From the NCBI GenBank assembly GCA_963816355.1, contig CAWFKH010000004.1:96001-160000 (forward strand): a DNA stretch of 64,000 bases. The letters are read 5' to 3'. The notes under the pieces are model-generated. The model was not told where the DNA came from. It worked only from the letters and a program-made list of their open reading frames with translations, and did not search any database. Below are positions 29,644 to 38,956 of this stretch, in pieces. The position numbers were made by a program, and so were the translations under genes. The stretch's first letter is position 1. Every line of letters starts with the position of its first letter. Source of the DNA: an uncultured Gemmatimonadales bacterium. Its GTDB lineage: Bacteria; Gemmatimonadota; Gemmatimonadetes; Longimicrobiales; RSA9.

Positions 29644-29699
29644 AACGTTTCCAGGTTGGCGACCCCGCCCGCCGCAAACCGTCCAGCGGTGGATCCTGT
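29644..29699 (-). other. 3' half of attC-like site (L' CGCCAACC and R' GTT)
   Basis: Minus strand ...GGGGTCGCCAACCTGGAAACGTT; CGCCAACC is complementary to GGTTGGCG at 31538-31545. Confidence 0.7.
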
Positions 29700-29704
29700 C
29701 TGAA

Positions 29705-31463
29705 CCTGCCGTATTCACGAGTGAGGTAGCGGAGGGATAGTGTGGCCGGGAAGCCACATGGCGCATCCTTCGAAGTGGCAGTAAGATGCGGTTGCGAGAC
29801 AGCATCGTTACCTGCTCCGACGAAGAACACGCCATGGGTGAAGAACAAGGTACGCTTTTCCGGCTGGATTTCAACCGTTCGGTGCGGGTGGAGGCGCGGC
29901 CGGAGCGGCTGACCTCGGACGCGGGCGCGGTGCTGCTGCGCTCGCTGCTGGGGCGGCTGGGCTTCCCCGCACTCGTGCGGCGGCACCTGCAGGATCTGCG
30001 GAACGCGGGGCGCGTCAGGCACGACTTCCTCGAGCTGGTGCTCACGCAGGTGCTCCTCTTGGCGCAGGGCTGGACGGACCAGCGGGATGCGGACCTGCTA
30101 CGCGCCGATCCGGCGCTGCGCCTGGCGGTGTCGCGGCGGCGGGGGACGGCGCCGGTGCGGGGCGGGGCTGCGGGGGCGGCCTCGGGGCTGGCCTCGCAGC
30201 CGACCTTCTCGCGGCTGCTCGCAATGCTGGCCGGCCTGCGCAACCGGCGGGGGCTGTCCGCGCTGCTGCGGGCGGGGGCAGAGCGGCGGCGGGGCCGCCA
30301 CGCTCCGCGCCTGGCAGAAGTCACGCTGGATCTGGACTCCCTGCCGGTGGAGGTGCACGGGCTACAGCCGGGGAGCGCCTGGAACGGGCACTACGGTTAT
30401 CGCTGCTACCATCCGTTGGTGCTGCGTTGGGAACTGGGGGACTTTCTGGCGGCCGAGCTGCGGGAGGGGAACGCGCACACGGCGCACGGGGCGCTGGCGT
30501 TCGTGATCCCGGCCGTGCTCTGGGCCAGGACGCAGGCGGAGCGGGTATGGCTGCGCATGGACGCGGGGTTCCCGGAGAATGAGCTGCTCGCGACGCTGGA
30601 AGATGAGGGCGTGCGCTACGTGGCGCGCCTGCGCGGCAACGCCCGCCTGGGGAAGCTCGCGGCGCCGTACCTGAGGCGGCCGCCTGGACACCCGCCGGCC
30701 GAGGGTCGGGTCTGGACGCACGAGCTGGTCTACAGCGCGGCGCGCTGGGACCGCTCGCGCCGGGTGGTGCTGGTGGTGCTGGAGCGCTCCGACGAGCAGG
30801 GGGAGCTCTTCCTCGATCATTTCTTCCTGCTCACCAACGCGAGTGCCCAGGAGGTGGATGGCCCGGCGCTGCTGGAGCGCTACCGGGCGCGGGGCGAAGC
30901 CGAGCGCGACTTCGGCGACTGGAAGAGCACGCTGGCGCTGGCGCTCTCGTCCGCGCCGCGGCCCAAGCAGCACTACCGCGGGCGGACCATCGCCACCCCC
31001 GAGCCGCAGACCGACAGCTTCGGCGCCAACGAGGCGCGCCTGCTGCTGAGCCTCGTCGCGGCCAATCTGCTGCGCGCCGGCGCCGAGCTCGCCTCTGCGG
31101 ACGAACGCCATGTCATGACCCGGCAGCGCTTCCGCCAGCTGGTGCTCAAGGCGGCCGGCCGCGTGCTCCTTCATGGCCGGCGCATCACGCTCGTCATCGA
31201 AGCCGCCCGCGCGCACGTGTGGCAGCGATTCTGGCGAGAGCTGAACCGACGTCACCCGGCACGCGGCTCCCCCGCCACCCTGGCCCTGCCCACGCCGGCG
31301 TAGCACCCTTGGGCGGGGAGCTGAGGAGCAACGAGCCGTCGGCGGCGCGCCCGGGGGAAAGGGGGCCTGTCCCCGAAATCAGCCTCGCCGCCACGTCCGC
31401 GGCGCTCCAAACTCGAAATCACGCCCTCAGACCCCTCAAGCTACGCGTGGTGAATATGGCAGG
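29705..31463 (+). mobile_element. IS1380 family insertion sequence
   Basis: IRs CCTGCCGTATTCAC / GTGAATATGGCAGG; 5-bp TSD CTGAA at 29700-29704 and 31464-31468. Confidence 0.92.
29834..31303 (+). CDS. IS1380 family DDE transposase
   Basis: LTSDAGAVLL, LASQPTFSR, TLDLDS, NGHYG..CYHPL, LRMDAGF and YRARGEAE motifs. Confidence 0.93.
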   Translation: MGEEQGTLFRLDFNRSVRVEARPERLTSDAGAVLLRSLLGRLGFPALVRRHLQDLRNAGRVRHDFLELVLTQVLLLAQGWTDQRDADLLRADPALRLAVSRRRGTAPVRGGAAGAASGLASQPTFSRLLAMLAGLRNRRGLSALLRAGAERRRGRHAPRLAEVTLDLDSLPVEVHGLQPGSAWNGHYGYRCYHPLVLRWELGDFLAAELREGNAHTAHGALAFVIPAVLWARTQAERVWLRMDAGFPENELLATLEDEGVRYVARLRGNARLGKLAAPYLRRPPGHPPAEGRVWTHELVYSAARWDRSRRVVLVVLERSDEQGELFLDHFFLLTNASAQEVDGPALLERYRARGEAERDFGDWKSTLALALSSAPRPKQHYRGRTIATPEPQTDSFGANEARLLLSLVAANLLRAGAELASADERHVMTRQRFRQLVLKAAGRVLLHGRRITLVIEAARAHVWQRFWRELNRRHPARGSPATLALPTPA

Positions 31464-31559
31464 CTGAAGTCTCACTTCCTCGCTCGGAGCTGCACCCTGA
31501 GAGCGGGGTACTCCGGAGGGAGCGAAGCGACCGAAGGCGCCAACCGTTTGTTAGCCGCC
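31464..31559 (-). other. 5' half of attC-like site (R'' GGCGGCTAAC and L'' GGTTGGCG)
   Basis: Begins 19 nt after the cassette ORF stop; R'' is the exact reverse complement of the core at 32127-32136. Confidence 0.75.
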
Positions 31560-31578
31560 GTACGGGCACCCAAGCCTT

Positions 31579-32103
31579 CTAATCCGTCTGCTTTGCCTCC
31601 TTCAGCGCGTCGAGGATCGGCTGGAGCGTATCTACCTTCTCAAGAACGATGTTCGCTGCGCCTGCGGGAGTTTGCAGCGTGTATCCATGCCCGGGACCCC
31701 GAATCAAACCAAACGTCAAATTCCTGAGCTTCTCGAACCGGAGCTCGCTACGGAGTTCGTATGTCGCGAGGAGCAGCCGGAGAGGCACCACCACAAATCT
31801 ATTCTCCATGTTGTCTATGACGATTCCGTAGCTGATAGGGAGCTCTTGCTCCTCGTCTTCGGTGATCAGTCGCACGTACTCGCGCAGAATTGGGCCGAAT
31901 CCTTCGACCCAAAGGTGATCTTCGGCTTTGTACTTCGCCGGATCTCGCGCAAGATCACGAAATCCAAACAGCACGACCGGCCGCCGTGCATACTTGAACC
32001 CGAAGCATTGCGAATTGCCACTTCCGAGCTGATATGGCGCGGAATAACCGAGACGGGAAGCCGCCCGGTCCAACTCCACGTATAGCTTCTCCCAAGGCCT
32101 CAT
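31579..32103 (-). CDS. Hypothetical protein carried in the first cassette
   Basis: Markedly lower GC; ATG 24 nt after the GTTAGCCGCC core; no recognisable family. Confidence 0.75.
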   Translation of the reverse strand: MRPWEKLYVELDRAASRLGYSAPYQLGSGNSQCFGFKYARRPVVLFGFRDLARDPAKYKAEDHLWVEGFGPILREYVRLITEDEEQELPISYGIVIDNMENRFVVVPLRLLLATYELRSELRFEKLRNLTFGLIRGPGHGYTLQTPAGAANIVLEKVDTLQPILDALKEAKQTD

Positions 32104-32126
32104 TTGGGCCACCCGCTGTCGAGTAT

Positions 32127-32136
32127 GGCGGCTAAC
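32127..32136 (-). other. attI-like core site GTTAGCCGCC downstream of the recombinase
   Basis: GTT core 94 nt past the recombinase stop; 10/10 complementary to 31550-31559. Confidence 0.7.
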
Positions 32137-32229
32137 TGCTTGTCTCCGTAACGGCGTTTCGCTTCTCTGCACCCCCGCGGCCGATCTGCGAACGCACGTT
32201 TCGCATTACTGCACACGGATCCAGTGGCG

Positions 32230-32805
32230 TCAAGGCTCGCGGAGGAGCGTGTCCAGCGGACTTTCGATGCGGGAGAGCGCAGGGCGCGTGACGTGGGTGT
32301 AGATCTCGGTGGTTCGTGAGCTGCTGTGGCCCAGCAGCGCCTGGATGTAGCGCAGGTCGGTGCCCGCCTCGAGGAGGTGGGTCGCGAAGCTGTGGCGCAG
32401 GGCGTGGGTGGAGAAGCGGCGCGAGATCCCGGCGCTGCGGCGGGCTTTCTCCACGATCTTCTGTACCGATCGTGTGGTCAGGTGGCGGCCGGAGCGGCCG
32501 CCGGGGAAGAGCCACTCGCGGGGCCGTTCGAGGGACGCGTAGGCGCGCAGCACCTTCAGCGCTGCGGGAGAGAGCAGCGTGATGCGATCCTTCCGTCCCT
32601 TGGCCTGTCGCACGTGGAGCAGCCGTCGCTCCACGTCGACGTCCTCGACGCGCAGCCGCACCACCTCGGAGACGCGCAGTCCGGAGGAGTACACGAGCAT
32701 GAGGAGCGCGCGGTGCTTCAGGTTGCGCGGCGCGCGGATCAGGGGCCGCACCTCCGCCTGCGACAGCACGGTCGGCGGGCGGCGCTCCCTGCGGGGCCGA
32801 GGCAC
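32230..32805 (-). CDS. Tyrosine recombinase (Xer/integron-integrase-related), catalytic domain only
   Basis: SGLRVSE (R), QAKGRK (K), HALRHSFATHLL (HxxR), LLGH, TEIYTH (Y), C-terminal SPLD; no IntI-specific insertion and no N-terminal binding domain in frame. Confidence 0.9.
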   Translation of the reverse strand: MPRPRRERRPPTVLSQAEVRPLIRAPRNLKHRALLMLVYSSGLRVSEVVRLRVEDVDVERRLLHVRQAKGRKDRITLLSPAALKVLRAYASLERPREWLFPGGRSGRHLTTRSVQKIVEKARRSAGISRRFSTHALRHSFATHLLEAGTDLRYIQALLGHSSSRTTEIYTHVTRPALSRIESPLDTLLREP

Positions 32806-32979
32806 TTCTTCCTCTCGACGCCGCGAGGCCGAGCGTCCGCCGCAGCAGCCGCAGCGCCCCGGGCGTCCCCGGCCGTCGCGCCGCCGCCGCTCGCCTCACT
32901 CGACCCGCGGCCGCCTTCGGGGTAGATTACGCGCGGGAAAAATCGCAGTCCCGGAGTGAGCCGGTACGTGGAGCACGAC

Positions 32980-35235
32980 ATGGCGACGAAGCAGACGGGC
33001 GGGAAGCGGGCGAAGCGGGCGCAGGACGGGTCGGGCGGCAACGGCGCGGCCGGCGGCGCGAGCGGCCAGGCCACCAGCGCGAGCGGCCAGGCCACCGGCG
33101 CGAACCGCGAGGCCACCGGCGCGAACCGCGAGGCCACCGGCGGCTCGGCCCTTGACGGCGACGCGCTCCTCGCCTTCTACCGCACGATGGTGACGGCGCG
33201 GCGGACGGACGACAAGGAGATCGGGCTGAAGAGCCAGAACAAGATCTTCTTCCAGATCTCGGGGGCGGGGCACGAGGCGGTGCAGGTGGCGCTGGCGTCG
33301 CACCTGCGGCCGGGCTCCGACTGGGCGTACCTGTACTACCGGGACCGCGCGCTGGCGACGGCGCTGGGGCTGACGCCGTATGAGCAGTTCCTGGAGGCGG
33401 TGGGGGCGGAGAGCGACCCGGCGAGCGGCGGCCGTCAGATGCCGGCGCACTGGGGCAAGCGCGAGATCCGCCTCGTCAGCACCTCCTCGCCGACGGGGAC
33501 GCAGTTCCTGCAGGGTGTGGGGTGTGCGGAGGCCGGGTGGCGGGCGGCGCAGGTCGCGTCGATGCGGGAGGCGATCGAGGCGTTCGAGGACGACGAGGTC
33601 GTCGTCGTCACGAGCGGCGAGGGGCAGACGTCGGAGGGCGAGTTCTGGGAGTCGCTGAACAGCGCGTGCAACCTGAAGCTGCCGGTCGTCTACCTGATCG
33701 AGGACAACGGCTACGCGATCTCGGTGCCGGTGGAGGTGAACACGGCGGGCGGCCGGATCAGCGCGCTCGTCGCCGGCTTCCCGTCGCTGCACATCGAGGA
33801 GTTCGACGGCACGGACGTCTTCGAGAGCCACGCGGCCGCGGGCCGCGCGGTCGCGCACGCGCGCTCGCGCGAGGGGCCGGCGCTGCTGCACGCGCACGTG
33901 GTCCGGCCGTACTCGCACTCGATGTCGGACGACGAGCGCCTCTACCGTCCGGCGGCGGAGCGCGAGGCGGAGGTGGAGCGCGACCCGATCACGCGGCTGC
34001 GCGCGTACCTGCTCGAGAACGACGTCGCCGACGAGGCGACGCTCGACGCGCTGGAGAAGGAGGTCGTCGCGGAGATCCAGGAGGCGGCGGACCGCGCGCT
34101 GGAGCAGCCGCAGCCGGACGCGTCGACGGCGATGGACTTCCTGTACTCGCCGGACGCGGATCCGACGTCGTCGGCCTTCGACACGGAGGACTCGCCGGCG
34201 TTCGACGGCGGCGAGACGACGATGGTGGACCTGATCAACCGCACGCTGTCGCAGGAGATGGAGCGCGACGCGCGCATCGTCGTCTTCGGCGAGGACGTGG
34301 CGGACGTGAGCCGGGAGGCGGCGCTGGAGGAGGTGAAGGGGAAGGGCGGCGTCTTCAAGTGCACGTGGGGGCTGCAGCGGCGCCACGGCGGCGTGCGCGT
34401 GTTCAACTCGCCGCTGGCGGAGGCGAACATCGTGGGGCGCGCGATCGGCATGGCGACGCGCGGGCTCAAGCCGGTGGTCGAGATCCAGTTCTTCGACTAC
34501 ATCTGGCCGGCGTTCATGCAGCTGCGCAACGAGCTGGCGACGATGCGCTACCGCTCCGGCGGCCACTGGGACGCTCCGGTCGTGGTGCGCGTCGCGTACG
34601 GCGGCTACCTCAAGGGGGGCGCGATCTACCACTCGCAGACCGGCGAGACGCTCTTCACGCACACGCCCGGGCTGCGCGTCGTGCTGCCGGCGACGGCGCT
34701 CGACGCCGCGGGCCTGCTGCGCACCGCGATCCGCGCCGACGATCCGGTCCTCTTCCTCGAGCACAAGCACCTCTACCGGCAGGTCTACAACAAGAGCCGC
34801 TATCCGGGCGACGACTTCATGATCCCGTTCGGCAAGGCGAGCGTGGTGCGCGAGGGGAGCGACCTCACCGTCGTCGCGTGCGGCGCGCTGGTGAAGCGCT
34901 CGCTCGACGCCGCGAAGATGGCGGAGGCGCAGGACGGCGTGAGCGTCGAGGTGATCGACCTGCGCACGCTGAGCCCGCTCGACATGGACACGATCGCGGC
35001 GTCGGTGAAGAAGACGAACAAGGTGGTGGTCGCCTACGAGGACGCGCTGTCCTGGGGGATCGGCTCGGAGATCGCCGCGCGCATCGCCGACGACACGTTC
35101 GAGTGGCTCGACGGCCCGGTGCGGCGCGTGGCGTCGCTCGACACGTGGGTTGCGTACGCGCCGACGCTGGAGGAGGCGATTTTGCCGCAGGTGGGGGATG
35201 TGTATGGGGCGATTCGGGAGTTGGCTGCGTACTAG
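32980..35235 (+). CDS. 2-oxoacid dehydrogenase E1, fused alpha/beta subunits
   Basis: [12 protein letters not shown] motif, [29 protein letters not shown] and GAIYHSQ; GGAG RBS. Confidence 0.93.
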   Translation: MATKQTGGKRAKRAQDGSGGNGAAGGASGQATSASGQATGANREATGANREATGGSALDGDALLAFYRTMVTARRTDDKEIGLKSQNKIFFQISGAGHEAVQVALASHLRPGSDWAYLYYRDRALATALGLTPYEQFLEAVGAESDPASGGRQMPAHWGKREIRLVSTSSPTGTQFLQGVGCAEAGWRAAQVASMREAIEAFEDDEVVVVTSGEGQTSEGEFWESLNSACNLKLPVVYLIEDNGYAISVPVEVNTAGGRISALVAGFPSLHIEEFDGTDVFESHAAAGRAVAHARSREGPALLHAHVVRPYSHSMSDDERLYRPAAEREAEVERDPITRLRAYLLENDVADEATLDALEKEVVAEIQEAADRALEQPQPDASTAMDFLYSPDADPTSSAFDTEDSPAFDGGETTMVDLINRTLSQEMERDARIVVFGEDVADVSREAALEEVKGKGGVFKCTWGLQRRHGGVRVFNSPLAEANIVGRAIGMATRGLKPVVEIQFFDYIWPAFMQLRNELATMRYRSGGHWDAPVVVRVAYGGYLKGGAIYHSQTGETLFTHTPGLRVVLPATALDAAGLLRTAIRADDPVLFLEHKHLYRQVYNKSRYPGDDFMIPFGKASVVREGSDLTVVACGALVKRSLDAAKMAEAQDGVSVEVIDLRTLSPLDMDTIAASVKKTNKVVVAYEDALSWGIGSEIAARIADDTFEWLDGPVRRVASLDTWVAYAPTLEEAILPQVGDVYGAIRELAAY

Positions 35236-35270
35236 GCGGGTGGGTTGCCGGGGCGCGTGGGCGCTGGCTG

Positions 35271-35374
35271 TCGGTCTGGGGTCTGGGGAGGGGGTCTGCG
35301 GGGGGGTCGGGGGTATGGGGGTCGGGGGGCTCGCGCTGCGCGCTTCGCGTCGCGCTCCCGCTTCGCGGATCGCG
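35271..35374 (+). repeat. Left arm of ~104-bp inverted repeat around the four-helix-bundle gene
   Basis: Near-identical to the reverse complement of 35964-36067. Confidence 0.88.
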
Positions 35375-35431
35375 GGGGGGCTCCCGCTTCGCGGATCGCG
35401 GGGGGGGCTCCCGCTCGCGGATCGCGGGGGG

Positions 35432-35782
35432 TCATTGGGGCTTTGTCAGGCTCGTCAGCATCGCTAACAGGCGGTCGAGGAGGGCCTCGCCGGGGCGGGT
35501 TGCGGGGTGCGGGACGAGTTGGAGGCGGTGGATGAGGCGGTAGATCGCGAGGCACTCGGTGCCGGAGCGGCGGGCGATGCGGTAGAAGCGGCGCTTTTCG
35601 CGCGGCAGGAACTCGCCGGCGCCCTCGCTGATGTTGAGCACCACCGACTGCGAGGCGCCACGGAGCTGGGCCGCGAGCCGGTACTGCGCCGCCGGCAGCC
35701 GCGCGGCCACGAGCTCCGCCTGCTCCGCGAAGTCCAGCGCCACCCGGAAGACGAGCAGCTTCTCCGGTTCGAATCCAGCCAT
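35432..35782 (-). CDS. Four-helix bundle protein (23S rRNA IVS protein / TIGR02436-like)
   Basis: FEPEKLLVFRVA, QLRGASQSVVLNISEG and RFYRIARRSGTEC motifs. Confidence 0.88.
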   Translation of the reverse strand: MAGFEPEKLLVFRVALDFAEQAELVAARLPAAQYRLAAQLRGASQSVVLNISEGAGEFLPREKRRFYRIARRSGTECLAIYRLIHRLQLVPHPATRPGEALLDRLLAMLTSLTKPQ

Positions 35783-35850
35783 ACCCCACCCTGCACCGCC
35801 CGACCGGGCACTTCCATAGCCAGATGCCTCCCGCAATCCCCAAGCAGTGC

Positions 35851-35963
35851 CCCGGTAGCCCGGACGCCCCAAGCAGCCCGGACGCCCCGCGTAGCCCGGA
35901 AGCCCCAAGCAGCCCGGACGCCCCGCGTAGCCCGGACGCCCCAAGCAGCCCGTAGCCCGGAAG
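35851..35963 (+). repeat. 18-bp tandem repeat (~5-6 alternating copies of GCCCGGACGCCCCAAGCA / GCCCGGACGCCCCGCGTA)
   Basis: Read directly, upstream of the four-helix-bundle gene. Confidence 0.85.
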
Positions 35964-36067
35964 CGCGATCCGCGCAGCGGGAGCGCGACGCGAAGCGCGC
36001 AGCGCGAGCCCCCCAGACCCCCGTACCCCCGACCCCCCGCAGACCCCCTCCGCAGACCCCAGACCGA
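35964..36067 (-). repeat. Right arm of ~104-bp inverted repeat
   Basis: See 35271-35374. Confidence 0.88.
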
Positions 36068-36078
36068 TCTCCTCCCAC

Positions 36079-37455
<1,377 letters not shown>

Positions 37456-37489
37456 GATCTCCCTCCCCTGCCGGAACAAAGACCCAGTC

Positions 37490-37660
37490 CCCGAGCCAGA
37501 CCCCAGCCCCCAGACCCCAGACCCCAGACCCCAGACCCGCCGAGCGCAGCGAAGGCCCCCCAGACCCCAGACCCCAGACCCGCCGAGCGCAGCGAAGGCG
37601 CCCCCCAGACCCCGTACCCCCGACCCCCCGCAGACCACCTCCGCAGACCCCAGACCGATC
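37490..37660 (-). repeat. GGGGTCT heptamer tandem and repeat-family member
   Basis: (CCCCAGA)n on the plus strand plus duplicated CCCAGACCCGCCGAGCGCAGCGAAGG. Confidence 0.8.
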
Positions 37661-37729
37661 CGGACCCGCCCTCGCATCGACTCACCCGCCCCCCTGGCCA
37701 CCTCCCACTTCCTTTCCCTACCTTCCCCG

Positions 37730-38824
37730 ATGCTCTCGACCCTGCGCTTCCTGCGACACTACCTGCGGCCGTCGCCCGCCGCCGTCGAGCGCGAGGAGGC
37801 GGGCTACCGGCGCGAGGGCGAGATGCTCGAGGCGACGGTCTTCCGGCCCGCGCGCTCCGCCGGCCCCTTCCCCGGCTGGGTCCTGCTCCACGGCCTGACC
37901 TACACCGGCCGCGAGCACCCCTCGCTCGTGCGCTTCGCCCGCGGCCTCGCCGCCGCGGGGTTCCTCGTCTTCGTGCCGGACATCCCGGAGTGGCGGGCGC
38001 TGCGCATGGCGCCCGAGATCTCGGTCGAGACGATCAAGGCGGCGCTCCGCGCGCTCGCCGGCCGGCGCGACGTGGTGCGCGGCCGCACCGGCGTGATCGG
38101 CTTCTCCTTCGGCGCCACGCAGGCGCTCGTCGCCTCGACCGATCCCGACCTGAGGGACGATTTCGCCGGCATCGCCGCGTGGGGCGGCTACTTCGACGTC
38201 GAGCGCCTCTTCCGCTTCGCCGTCACCGGCGAGCACGACCTGGATGGGCACCGCTACCAGGTAGCGCCGGACCCCTACGGCCGCTGGGTGGTCGGCTCGA
38301 CGTACCTCACGGCGCTTCCCGGCCACGAGAATGACGACGACGTCGCCGCCGCGCTGCTCGCGCTCGCCGAGGAAGCCGGCAAGCGCCAGGTCTACGCCGG
38401 CGAGGCGGTCTACGACGACGCCAAGCGCCGCCTGCGCGCGCGACTGCCCGCCGGGAAGCACCACACTTTCGACCTCTTCGCCGCGCCGGCGGGGGAAGAG
38501 CCGCCGGCCGCCGAGCGCGAGGAGCTGGCCGCGCGCCTCGCCGCCGTCGCGCACGCGCGTGATCCCATGATCGACCCCGCGCCCTATTTGCCGCGCGTCA
38601 CCGTCCCGACGGTGGTCGCCCACGCCCGCGACGACCGCCTCATCCCGTTCACGGAGGGCCTACGCCTGTGCCGCGCCCTGCCACCCGCGACCGTCGTCGA
38701 TTGTCAGGTCCTGAAGCTGTTCAGCCACTCCGGCGGCGCCCACGAAAGCCTCGGCCCCGCCGGCCTAGTCCGCGAAACCCTCCGTTTCGCCCACCTCCTG
38801 AACCGCATCCTCTCCCTCCTCTGA
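37730..38824 (+). CDS. Alpha/beta-hydrolase fold protein
   Basis: VLLHG, GFSFG nucleophile elbow, HARDDRLIP and LFSH motifs. Confidence 0.75.
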   Translation: MLSTLRFLRHYLRPSPAAVEREEAGYRREGEMLEATVFRPARSAGPFPGWVLLHGLTYTGREHPSLVRFARGLAAAGFLVFVPDIPEWRALRMAPEISVETIKAALRALAGRRDVVRGRTGVIGFSFGATQALVASTDPDLRDDFAGIAAWGGYFDVERLFRFAVTGEHDLDGHRYQVAPDPYGRWVVGSTYLTALPGHENDDDVAAALLALAEEAGKRQVYAGEAVYDDAKRRLRARLPAGKHHTFDLFAAPAGEEPPAAEREELAARLAAVAHARDPMIDPAPYLPRVTVPTVVAHARDDRLIPFTEGLRLCRALPPATVVDCQVLKLFSHSGGAHESLGPAGLVRETLRFAHLLNRILSLL

Positions 38825-38837
38825 CCCCCCCGTCCAA

Positions 38838-38952
38838 CCCGCAGTCAAATCCCGCAGTTGAATCCCGCAGTTGAATCCCGCAGTCCAATCCCGCAGTCCA
38901 ATCCCGCAGTTGAATCCCGCAGTTGAATCCCGCAGTTGAATCCCGCAGTCCA
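38838..38952 (+). repeat. 13-bp tandem repeat, ~9 copies (CCCGCAGTTGAAT / CCCGCAGTCCAAT)
   Basis: Read directly between convergent stops. Confidence 0.92.
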
Positions 38953-38956
38953 GCAT

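Noticed and set aside
32230..32805. Calling the recombinase intI or xerC/xerD
   Set aside because: It lacks the IntI-specific insertion and the N-terminal domain, and its SPLD tail and context do not fit chromosomal XerC/D; no symbol assigned.
33050..33140. 21-bp tandem repeat in the E1 N-terminus
   Set aside because: In-frame low-complexity linker expansion; not a separate element.
35432..35782. Possible diversity-generating retroelement (Avd-like gene)
   Set aside because: No reverse transcriptase and no TR/VR pair with adenine-specific mismatches seen.
38838..38952. Possible CRISPR array
   Set aside because: Units are 13 bp and directly abut, with no unique spacers; no cas genes in the window.
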